A stretch of DNA of 20,089 nt from Octopus sinensis (GCF_006345805.1 NW_021824009.1:1-20089); one strand, 5' to 3'. Counted from the first letter of the stretch, positions 9,879-19,394 are shown. The notes: generated by a model from the letters alone, not told the origin. Program-made: numbers and translations.

Positions 9879-11670
9879 TGTTATTTTTGAGAGCCTCCTC
9901 TGATATGTGGAATTTGGTGAATAAGAGAGTTTGATGTCGCTGCCCTCATTTGCGCCCCCTGCCGGAAAGTAGGTTCATCTGAGTCTCTTGACTGGAAGAA
10001 ATCCAGTTTTGTTTTGAAAACACTTACACCCCCTTTGTGTAGCTCCCTCAGGTTCTTTGAGAGAATATTAAAAAGCTGTGACCCCTTCAAACCCAGGCTA
10101 CTGCAGTAACTGGTTCTGAAACACAACGGCAGTGTTAGGATCTTTGGTACTATGCTGTGGCGACCAGTTTTGGTATTTGTGTCGCTTTCAATATCAATTT
10201 TGGGTACAAACCCTTCCAGGATGTTCCAGATGTAAATTACAGCATATCTGTCCCCCCCTTCGCTCCAGGGAGAAGAGTCTTAGCTGTTTCAGCCTTTACC
10301 AGTAGCTGCGTAGTTGCAATGAGATGATCTTCTCTGCGTAGTTTCCCTGGATTACTCCAAGGTCCGCTATTAATTTTACATCGCCGGGTGACCATCGTTT
10401 GGAGCAGTAGTCCAGGTGGCTGAGGACGAATGTCCTCCAGAGAACCATCATGGTTTTGTTCCCTCTGATTCTGAAGGTTTGTCACCATGTTGGTAATGTG
10501 TATTTGGAAAGAGGTAACATCACTCATGTCGATACCCAGGTCACGCACTGGTTTAGGTTCTTGAATTGTAATCTCCCCCTGGGCCAGTGTATCCTGTATG
10601 TTTTTCGTTCAATTTTAGGTGCTGGTAGCGCAGGGCTTACAATTTTCCAGCATTATTCTGAATATTATTGGCCTCAGCCCATCTATAAATTGCCTCCAAC
10701 TCCTGCTGCTGGGTTTTGTATTTTCTGTATTTTCTGTGAGGCGTTATACATGGAAGAAGAAAAAAAATTCTGTTCTATAGAACACCACTCACTATTTGTG
10801 CTTCCTTTGAGGTGGCACCATATGCCAATATTGGCCACCATTGCCTGACTTTTATCTTCCAGAAACTCATGTAACCACTCTCCAAGATTTCCAGCTATGC
10901 CAAGATCACTCAGTTTGTGGTGTATCATACCATGATTAACTTTATCAAAATCTTTTGCAAAGTCAAGGTATATTACGGCTACATTTGAGTTGTGCAGTGA
11001 CTGCATCAACACCCAGTGCTGTAGGAGCTGTGTCAGACAGCTCCTACCTTGTCGAAAACCATGCTGGGTATCACTCAGCAAGTCGTTTTCTTCAAACAAT
11101 GCGATTAGCTTCCCTCTGATTATTTCTGATGTATGAAGTCTGAGAGATAGGCGTATAATTTTTGGTATCTGCTCTGATTTTTCCTTAAAGGATTGGGCAT
11201 ATTATTCCCTCTTCCAGTTTAATACTCTGAAAGAGAATCTGTAGTGGTTTTGCCAGGGCACTTCTGCACAATGCACTCAGGGAGGATTGCTGGGAAAGCA
11301 TCAGGGCCAGAAGCTGAGTTTGTGTCCACCTCGTCTATGGCTAATATTATATCTTCTTCCCCAATGTGGATGTAATCTATAGTAACTGCCTCCCTGGATG
11401 TAAGTGAGGCAGTAAAGACATCCACTGGTTCGAATACTTATCTGTGTTCCAACGAAGTAATAAAATCACTTTTGAACTGGTCATTCGGTACTTCATTGAT
11501 CCTGGTTGAGTTATCTCTGATGGAATCATCTTTCTGGAAGAGAGGTCCTATTTTGCAGTGTACTAAGGCCGTTTCTTTGGCATAATGGAAGAAAGCCTGG
11601 TTTTTCATAACCCAGACTTCTTTGTCTGCTCCTCCTTAACAGAGAATTGCTGCATGTTTTTAGGCGAGAC
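9879..11670 (-). mobile_element. 5'-truncated, decayed CR1/L2-group (Jockey superclade) LINE, ORF2 RT region and C-terminus
   Basis: RT motifs in ORF 10683-11099: FEENDLLSDTQHGFRQGRSCLTQLL, VIYLDFAKDFDKVNHG, KLSDLGIAGNLGEWLHEFL. Also EVDTNSASGPDAFPA (11219-11425), RDLGIDMS...HITNMV, and C-terminal QLFNILSKNLREL...FKTKLDFF...DEPTFRQ...RAATSNSLIHQ. Many frameshifts and stops; the QGSVLGP and YADD motifs are absent. Confidence 0.95.
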
Positions 11671-11676
11671 TTTCAC

Positions 11677-11710
11677 TATATATGTATGTATGCATGTAAT
11701 GTATGTATAT

Positions 11711-11757
<47 letters not shown>

Positions 11758-11772
11758 TAGATATATATTATA

Positions 11773-11808
<36 letters not shown>
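11677..11808. repeat. (TATG)/(TA)n microsatellite at the LINE 5' breakpoint
   Basis: Direct reading. Confidence 0.9.
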
Positions 11809-11987
11809 GTGTAGGTATCAGTTAGAGGGCTTTATACCTCCAGAGATAATTAATTCCAAAGTCGGAAGTTCCTTCAAACCTGCTTCCTTCTTCTTTGTTA
11901 TCTAATTAAATTAAAGGCATACCAGCGATAACCATAAGTTTCCCCTTGTTATTACATCCATTTCTTCTCTCTCTCTTATATATATAT

Positions 11988-12043
<56 letters not shown>

Positions 12044-12132
12044 AGCAAAATTTAGATTCAAATGAATGTGGTACTTAAATTAGATGCACCAGAATTTTGT
12101 ACAGTGTTATCCATATAAATCCATGGGGTGAT

Positions 12133-12203
12133 TATAATCAAAATAAGCAACAAGAATATCTTCGGTAATACCGAAGATATTCTTGTTGCTTGTTTGGATT
12201 ATA
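12133..12203. repeat. Palindrome: perfect 22-bp stem (12145-12166 / 12170-12191), 3-nt loop, extending to 34 bp with 2 mismatches
   Basis: tataatcaaaat-aagcaacaagaatatcttcggt AAT accgaagatattcttgttgctt-gtttggattata. Confidence 0.95.
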
Positions 12204-12333
12204 TATAATATATAATGTGTATATATATCTATATATATATATATATATATATATATAGGTCCCGGGTAGTCGGGGTTCCCACAGTAAATAAGGTACTCAA
12301 TACATATAGCAGATTAATTTAATTTATTTTATG

Positions 12334-12421
12334 AAGGAGCTTGTCAGGACTAGAACTGTTCATTCAAAAGAAATCATCGTTTCTTTTGAATGAAACAGTT
12401 CTAGTCCTGTAGAAGCTCCTT
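12334..12421. repeat. Palindrome with about 40-nt arms and a 6-nt loop
   Basis: aaggagcttgtcaggactagaactgttcattcaaaagaaa TCATCG tttcttttgaatgaaacagttctagtcctgtagaagctcctt. Confidence 0.95.
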
Positions 12422-12473
12422 ATATAATATATATATATATGTATGTATATAATTCATGTATATGTTTATTTTC

Positions 12474-12600
12474 AGCGTGTAACAAGGTCGGCTCCTTGAA
12501 ATACTGGTACTACTTATTTTTGTCAGCTGAGTGGACTGCAGCAACGCGAAATAAAGTGTCTTGCTCAAGGACGCAACGGGGCGCCGGGAATTGAACCGGT
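12474..12600 (-). mobile_element. SINE central part (same family as 4069-4312)
   Basis: cagctgagtggactgcagcaacgcgaaataaagtgtcttgctcaaggacgcaacg aligns with 4181-4235. Confidence 0.85.
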
Positions 12601-13083
12601 TCTGAAATCATGCATATCAGAAATCGATCTCTTGGCATATATTTAGATGCCTTAATCTTAGAAGAGGGGAATTGTTGTTATTATTAAAGGGGAAAATGCC
12701 AAAGGACATAAATTCGATTATGTTTGACTCCTCGGTTAATTAGAAGTTTACTCTATGTGACACAATATTCTTTATTGCCCCAGAGAAAGTCTTGTTATCT
12801 TTCTATGCTGAAATTGTTCTTAGAATAAGGGATCGTTATTTGCATTGTGTACAGCAAGATCTGACATGGTGATTAGAATATGTATTCTTAAAACGTTCTG
12901 ACAGACTCGAACGCAAATATGCTAGTCGTTGCTTTGTACGTCACAGGAGAACAACTTCCTTCATTTACGAAGAAAACGTGTTCATAATACACTCGGCTCG
13001 TTGGTACAAGGCATTTGGGGTCACTTGTGTTTCTATATGTTGTGTCTAACCAAACAAAACAGAGATTTTGTTTATTATTTCAG

Positions 13084-13155
13084 CGAGCAAAACTGTTTGC
13101 TGATCAGTGCTGATATCTGCGAACCGATGAAAAATCGTTCTTCGCACTGTGAAAA
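13084..13155 (+). other. Candidate 72-nt plus-strand exon (coding status unknown)
   Basis: Acceptor gattttgtttattatttcAG|, donor AA|GTGAGT; only the phase 2-2 frame is open (EQNCLLISADICEPMKNRSSHCE). Splice-motif evidence only. Confidence 0.3.
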
Positions 13156-14061
13156 GTGAGTTCGGAACAATAATTTACCTATTTAACGTTTATGCCCTCT
13201 CGCAGGTTTGAACACAAATAGCCAAGTAGCTGCTGTTTATGTTCTTAGACGGAATAGAAACCCCACCATAAACATTCGTTTAATCAATAAACCACTCCTG
13301 CATTAAACTCTTTGAACCCTCAGTTTCTTTAGATGCGACATTGATTGTTGAATATCCCTCAACTTATTAATCGCCTATTTATATTGTTTTATTTCATGTC
13401 CCCGGCTAGATTTTGTTCTGTATTTTCTCTGATCATAGAATAAACAAAAATTTGAAAAATACACAGCTTCGTCTAAAAGATTTATTGATAAATATAGAAG
13501 ACTACAAATACGATTATAGCAAAAGAACCCATAAAAAACATTTAAATATAACATAACAAATGATCTAAATATAACAAAATTATACAGACGCAGATGCTCA
13601 CTCACACTCGTATGCAAGTATAACAAGGAAATATAGATTGTGTATGACTGACACATACACAAACACAGGCACATAAACATTCACACGCACCAGATCACGC
13701 AGTAACACAAAATAAACGTCGTACACACTTCTTCACTTACAAATCTACTGAACACTTTATAAAAACACAACTGCATTGAAATGCAAACACTCCTCAAATT
13801 TTTCAACTGACTAATTTTAAATATGATTTCAATATTCTATTATCTATTTATTATTTTAGCACGCAAATATTGCCCTTGAAAGGGGTCTTTGTCTCATCGT
13901 TCAATGAACAGTGTCATTTCTCATGTTATCCAGTTTGTAATCAAACATCTTATTGACATTTACAACAACAAACAAACAAAGCCAAAAAAAAAAAAAATTG
14001 TAAGCCAAGAGGTAAATTTCTGACACGCATGATTCAAGAAACGGTTTCATTTATTATTTAA

Positions 14062-14282
14062 CCCTTTAGTGTTCACATTATTCAGCCAAAATTAATCCTT
14101 TTTTATCCACATTGTTTTGAACTAATCATGCATTATCCTGTAGCTATGAGATTTTGATGAGGTAGCTGTTAATTTTTAAAACGCTATTGAAGGGTTGGTG
14201 TGAGAGACCAGATCTGGCCATTTTGAACATAGAACAGGCAGAATACTTTTGGCCGGATATGGCCGGTTTAATTACTAAAGGG
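14062..14282. mobile_element. piggyBac-like non-autonomous MITE (221 bp)
   Basis: TTAA (14058-14061) | CCCTTTAGT ... ACTAAAGGG | TTAA (14283-14286): 9-bp perfect terminal inverted repeats starting CCCT, with the TTAA duplication diagnostic of piggyBac. Confidence 0.85.
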
Positions 14283-14456
14283 TTAAGAATATTTTAGTTC
14301 CACTTACATTTCTAATGCGACCAGATAACGCATGAAATTCACGGAAGCTGTTTGTATTCTCATAACATGCTGAGCGTTTTTCATTAAAAGCTAAAACTTC
14401 AATAAATAACGGTATAGAATTTGATAACAGGCAAATTAGTTTTCGGCACTCCTGCT

Positions 14457-14468
14457 CATGTATGTATG

Positions 14469-14502
<34 letters not shown>

Positions 14503-14508
14503 TGTATG

Positions 14509-14539
<31 letters not shown>

Positions 14540-14697
14540 TGTCTGCATGTATGTATGTATGTATGTATGCATGTATGCATGTATGTATGTATGTATGTAT
14601 GTATGCATGTATGTATGTATGTATGTATGTATGCATGTATGCATGTATGTTTGTATGTATGCATGCATGCATGCATAGATGTATGTATGTATGTATG

Positions 14698-14739
<42 letters not shown>

Positions 14740-14755
14740 TACACACACTCACACA
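14457..14755. repeat. (TATG)n with TGCA variants, then (TA)n(CA)n
   Basis: Direct reading; source of several spurious ORFs. Confidence 0.95.
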
Positions 14756-14757
14756 TA

Positions 14758-15113
14758 CAGTGTGCGGCAGAAGTAACGCCCTTTCTCATTTGTATTTTTT
14801 ATAGCTTTCTACATTGTAGAAGATGGCGCATGGCCTCACTGTAGGATAAACGTTCGGGAATGTATAGGACGACGTGGAGCAATTGAGTGGCCATCACGAT
14901 CACCAGACCTGACACCGCTTGACTTTATCCTGTGGGATGTATTGAAAAATCTTTATTATTCCCTGAAGCCGAAAACACTTCCTGAAGTAAAACAATAATT
15001 TCTGATAAATTTTCTACGTTTAACGAGGAAATGTGTCAAAAGATTTGTAGAAGTGTTGCCGGTGGTGTTAAGCACTGTACTAAAAACGAAGGGTAGCCTC
15101 TTGAATATTTTAA
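14758..15113 (+). pseudogene. Internally deleted Tc1/mariner-superfamily transposon relic (probably rosa/DD41D-like or DD37D-like), C-terminal transposase
   Basis: TA|CAGTGTGCGGCAGAAGT putative left end. Translation from 14807: FYIVEDGAWPHCRINVRECIGRRGAIEWPSRSPDLTPLDFILWDVLKNLYYSLKPKTLPEVK, frameshift, IISDKFSTFNEEMCQKICRSVAGGVKHCTKNEG*PLEYF. This matches the QDGAxxH and WPxRSPDLTPLDFFLWG motifs. No right TIR found. Confidence 0.85.
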
Positions 15114-15300
15114 TTATATTTTTATCGTATTAAATTATGTTGTTTTGATGGAACAATACTTTATAAATTTCATAAAGCTACTGTAATATATTTTCATTAA
15201 TTGGTTGTTTTCGTTTCTTTAACTCCTGTAATAAATTTTTATATAATAAATTTTTATATAATAAATATATATTTATAATTTTTATATAATAATATATTTA

Positions 15301-15589
15301 TTTATTTTTATTTTATCTAGTTTCAGCTCACGAGCTGTGGCCATGCTGGGGCACCGCCATTTGGTGTTGCTACATGATTTTACTTCACGAAAGCTTTTTA
15401 GCAACTGCCATCTGGTGCATGAGAGAGTTCGATGCAGCTGCCCTCATCTGCACCTCCTGCCGTGAAGTTGGTTCATCTGGGACACCTGACAGGAAGAGAT
15501 CCAGTACTACTTTAAAGACATCAGCATCCACCCAATGCAGGTACCTCAGGTTCTTCGGGAGGATATTGAAGAGATGTGGGCCTGTGAAG
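15301..15589 (-). mobile_element. 3' end of a CR1/L2-group LINE with intact 3' UTR tail
   Basis: Minus strand FTGPHLFNILPKNLRYLHWVDADVFKVVLDLFLSGVPDEPTSRQEVQMRAAASNSLMHQMAVAKKLS* is homologous to the 9881-10126 peptide; it is followed by ggcggtgccccagcatggccacagctcgtgagctgaaactag and an A-rich (ataaa) tail. Confidence 0.9.
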
Positions 15590-15785
15590 AAATATAATAA
15601 AAGAAAACAATTTTTGCTCTATAAAAATTACTAAAAAAAAGGGTGTTAATTCTACAGCGCTCTCTCTCTATATATAAGATACATAAATCATTTATTCTCA
15701 AACGCATGATAATGCAAATACAATAGTATGACAGGATAAACTATCCATATATTGCAGAAAAAAGAAACGTTACTGGCCAGCCATG

Positions 15786-15846
15786 TAACTCGAACTCACA
15801 TCCCTGCGATTACGCGTCAAGTCCTTTATCTTTCAGCTAAACTGTC
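15786..15846 (-). mobile_element. Isolated tRNA-like SINE head (not a functional tRNA)
   Basis: Minus strand cagtttagctgaaagataaagg...cgtaatcgcagggatgtGAGTTCGAGttac: A-box-like and B-box-like motifs, but arms do not close properly. Confidence 0.45.
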
Positions 15847-15850
15847 CAGT

Positions 15851-15953
15851 AACGAATTGTTCTGCAACTGATGAAGGTATTGTTCTTTATGTTGCCTGTT
15901 CTTTATGTTTATGTTCTCTATTTGTTTCTTTCGTTGTTCGAAAACAATTCGTT
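15851..15953 (+). ncRNA. Hammerhead-ribozyme-like motif in type III order (activity doubtful)
   Basis: AACGAATTGTT-C (stem III strand + UUC site), TGCAA, CTGATGA (15868-15874), 65-nt U-rich insert, GAA (15940-15942), AACAATTCGTT (15943-15953, perfect 11-bp stem III partner). Stems I and II are poor. Confidence 0.4.
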
Positions 15954-16104
15954 CTCCATGTTTTGTTTTTTTATGTTCTCGTTTTTCATTTTGTTCACGT
16001 TTGTGTGACGTGCTGTACCCATATATGCAAGTATATATACATATATATGTATATATACACATAAATGCAATGTATATATGCATATATATATTATTCATAT
16101 ATGT

Positions 16105-16325
16105 GTGTGTCTTTGTGTCTGTGTTTGTCCTCCAACCATCACTTGACAACCGATGTTGGTGTGTTTACGTCACCGTAACTTAGTGCTTCGGCAAAAGTGA
16201 GCGGCAGAATAAGTACTAAACTTTCAGAGAACAGGTCGTGGAGTCGCTTTCTTCAACTAAAACTCTTTAAGGCGGCGCTACAGCATAGCCGCAGTCAAAT
16301 GACTGAGACAAGTAAAACAATAAAG
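16105..16325 (+). mobile_element. SINE 3' half ending in the LINE-like tail
   Basis: gatgttggtgtgtttacgtc...cttcggcaaaag...agaataagtact...ggcggcgctacagcatagccgcagtcaaatgactgagacaagtaaaacaataaag; homologous to the minus copy at 19940-20089. Confidence 0.8.
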
Positions 16326-16375
16326 TATATAATATATATATATATATATGTGGTGGTGTGTGTGTGTGTGGTGTG

Positions 16376-16406
<31 letters not shown>

Positions 16407-16815
16407 TACGTATGTACCAGAGCACTGATTCTAATGATCCGATTCAGTACAGATCGTTTCTCGGAAACTTCGATTCTTCCCTATTCTTACATTACGAATG
16501 TCTTCCGTATCCAATTGGATTACGTTGTTCCAAAACATCGTTTCAACATCATTGAACTCGTAGGCATGTGAAGCAGAGCATATCAGATTTCATCCATAGC
16601 TATGGCAATACTGTTGGTCGTTTTGAAGGTATGTCTCTTGTAACGGCTTACGTTAATTAAATCCCAAATCCTGACTCTTCACAGCGTATCTTTGTTGACT
16701 TTGCTAATACATAAATCCATTTAATTATTTTGATAGTTCATTAAAACTTGATCCAATCTGTCACCATGGTCAAGGGCGGTGTCGAGTGAGATTTAATTTA
16801 TGTAGTTAAATTAAA

Positions 16816-17046
16816 GCAGCGAGCTGGCAGAATAGTTAGCATGCCGGGCGAATTGCGTAGCCGTATTTCGTCTGCCGTTACGTTGTGAGTTCAAATTCTG
16901 CCGAGGTCGACTTTGCCTTTCATCCTTTCGGGGTCGATAAATTAAGTACCAGTTACGCACTGGGGTCGATGTAATCGACTTAATCCGTGTGTCTGTCCTT
17001 GTTTGTCCCCTCCGCGTTTAGCCCCTTGTGGGTAGTAAAGAAATAG
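16816..17046 (+). mobile_element. Full-length, well-preserved tRNA-derived SINE
   Basis: gcgagctggcagaatagttagc (A box)...gagttcaaattctgccgaggtcgactttgcc (B box)...tttagccccttgtgggtagtaaagaaatag. Confidence 0.9.
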
Positions 17047-17052
17047 AGATAG

Positions 17053-17105
17053 GTATTTCGTCTGCTGCTACGTTCTGAGTTCAAATTCCGCCGAGGTCGA
17101 CTTTG
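17053..17105 (+). mobile_element. Tandem partial SINE copy
   Basis: gtatttcgtctgctgctacgttctgagttcaaattccgccgaggtcgactttg repeats 16863-16915. Confidence 0.85.
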
Positions 17106-17380
17106 TTTTGTGGAAGATTAATAGTGGCCAGTGTATGAAAACATTGTTTCTCCACAGAACTAATGTCCAAGACCGATACAGCTAGGTATGTTTCATCGCA
17201 CACGTTGCTTTCAGAAGGCAAACAACCTGGAGAGATACCGTTACATTATATCAATTCCGGTATATTTTGTGGACTATGAAAGAACGAGTTACAAAGTTGA
17301 CTAGTTGGGAATTGAACTTAAAACGCAGAGATCCGACATAATAGCTCTGTTGTCTCTGTCAATTCTACGTCTGCATATTA

Positions 17381-17586
17381 CCTATTTCTTTACTACCCAC
17401 AAGGGGCTAAACGCAGAGGACAGCCAAACGGATTAAGTCGATTATGTCGACCCCAGTGCATAACTGGTACTTAATTTATCGACCCCGAAAGGATGAAAAG
17501 CAAAGTCGACCTCGGCGAAATTTGAACTCAGAACGTAGCGGCAGACGAAATACCGGCGTGCTAACGTTTCTGCCAGCTCACCGCCT
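17381..17586 (-). mobile_element. Well-preserved SINE with 12-bp target-site duplication
   Basis: Reverse complement closely matches 16816-17046; flanked by gtctgcatatta at 17369-17380 and 17590-17601. Confidence 0.9.
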
Positions 17587-17601
17587 TTTGTCTGCATATT
17601 A

Positions 17602-17796
17602 TCTAATCCTTTGTACTATGTACAGAAGGCCCGAAATTAGCTGTAGTAGGAGAGGGTCATCAATTACATGTGCCCAACTGGTAGTTATTTCGTCGATTCT
17701 GAAAGGTTGAACAGCAAAGGCGACCTCGGCGGAATTCGAACACAGAAACTTAATACAGACAAATGCCATGCATTTTGTCCGGTTCGCTGCCTTCGC
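17602..17796 (-). mobile_element. Older, more diverged SINE of the same superfamily
   Basis: aactggtagttattt...gaaaggttgaacagcaaaggcgacctcggcggaattcgaac; flanked by ctgcatatta at 17592-17601 and 17797-17806. Confidence 0.8.
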
Positions 17797-18705
17797 CTGC
17801 ATATTAATTAATTTTGTACGAGAAGAATATTTCTAGATTTACTCTGAAATAATTCTGGGTTTATAACTCCCGGAGAGAATATGTCAGTTTGACAATTAAA
17901 GGACTGCAATTTCGACTTGATTTGAGGCCTTTCAGCTAGAACAAGGGTAGAAATATTTTGAAATAAATTATATAAAATGAGTGGGAGAATACAATTAAAA
18001 CAACAGATTTCAGCTGATTGAATGTTGCCATGGCATTTTCAACAATGTTATTTCAATTTATGATTCAACGCGAATTGCTTTTTAAATTAATATGAAAAGA
18101 TAATAACGTTTTTTTCTCTTTGTTTCCATAAATAAATATAAAGTTGGTTTGAATAAATGAAAAGAAAAGGAGAGAGAAATGAATATGCCAAGTATATAGT
18201 CTTGATGACAATAGCTTTTATGATAAAATCGCAAACATTTTCTTTCAAAGCTAGGCTATTCTATAATATTACACATTTGTAAGCATTCAACCGAGAAGCT
18301 AGAGACGGGAAACAAAAGACCGCACATGTTTAAGATTAAAGTCACTTAAATGAATAAAATGATGTTTTGATTTTAGTCCAACGAGGCTACATCCTGGAAC
18401 AAATTCATGTACCTGTCAATTTATGCACCTTGCACAAATTACTGAGGCAAAATTGCAATTATTTATATGCCCACTTAATTGGAAGAAGAGAATTCATTTT
18501 CAAATGAATTCAATGCGAAATATTAGAAAATCTGCATTTCGACCATAGAAATTTCAATGAGATATTTAGAAATGTTTGCGTTGGTACAGGTTATAATTAG
18601 ATAAATCTCTCAACAAACGGGAACAATCTGATATTGTGATGTTTTTATTATCACGCGTGGAGAACGATAAATTGATTAAAATCCAATAACATCCGCACCG
18701 AAAGC

Positions 18706-18714
18706 ATATATATC

Positions 18715-18745
<31 letters not shown>

Positions 18746-19001
18746 ATATATTATATATATATATATATACATACATACATACTACATATATATCATGCAT
18801 ATATATATATTATATATATTATATATAATATGCTATATATAATATATATATATGCATACACACACACACACCCCACACACACCACACACACATATATATA
18901 TGTATGTATGTATATGTGGTATGTATTTATCTGTATGTATATGTGTGTATGTATTCTGTATGTATATGTTGCATTGTATATATATATAAATATAATATAT
19001 A
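18706..19001. repeat. Compound (TA)n/(CATA)/(CA)n/(TATG) microsatellite
   Basis: Direct reading. Confidence 0.9.
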
Positions 19002-19002
19002 T

Positions 19003-19055
19003 GCCCAGCATGCCACAGCTCGTGAGCTGAAACTAGATAAAATAAAAAAAAAAAA
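19003..19055 (+). mobile_element. Extremely 5'-truncated LINE 3' tail with A-rich end
   Basis: gcccagcatgccacagctcgtgagctgaaactagataaaataaaaaaaaaaaa is nearly identical to the reverse complement of 15301-15352. Confidence 0.85.
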
Positions 19056-19247
19056 TATATATATATATAATAAATAGTTTAAAAAAACAGAGACTATACA
19101 TAGCATAATCATTTTTTAATCATAGTGCAGTCAATAAGTAAGTTCTTCCATTTCTTTTCCCGCCTACGTTATGTTTCCTACCAAAAAATAATCTTCTTTA
19201 CGCAGTAAAAGTTTCTTTTGAATATGTATATAGATGCGCGCGCGTGG

Positions 19248-19352
19248 GTGTGTGTGTGTGTATGTGTGTGTGTGTGTATGTGTGTGTGTGTGTGTGTGTA
19301 AAATAGTATCTTTCTCTGTAAATATATATGTATGTGTGTATCTCTCTCTGTC

Positions 19353-19394
<42 letters not shown>

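Noticed and set aside
10450-10848. Plus-strand 132-aa ORF
   Set aside because: Antisense to the LINE RT.
14275-14844. Five overlapping ORFs (HTYI/MYVC repeats) and a possible minus exon near 14311-14390
   Set aside because: (TATG)n translations; the exon candidate has a good donor but a poor acceptor and no recognisable peptide.
15230-15310. Apparent AT-only palindromes
   Set aside because: Expected by chance in nearly pure A/T sequence.
16418-16628. Moderately GC-rich unique stretch with a 50-codon minus frame (ICSASHAYEFNDVETMFWNNVIQLD...)
   Set aside because: Bounded by stops, no minus-strand splice sites fitting the frame, no motif recognised; a tBLASTx search would be needed to revive it.
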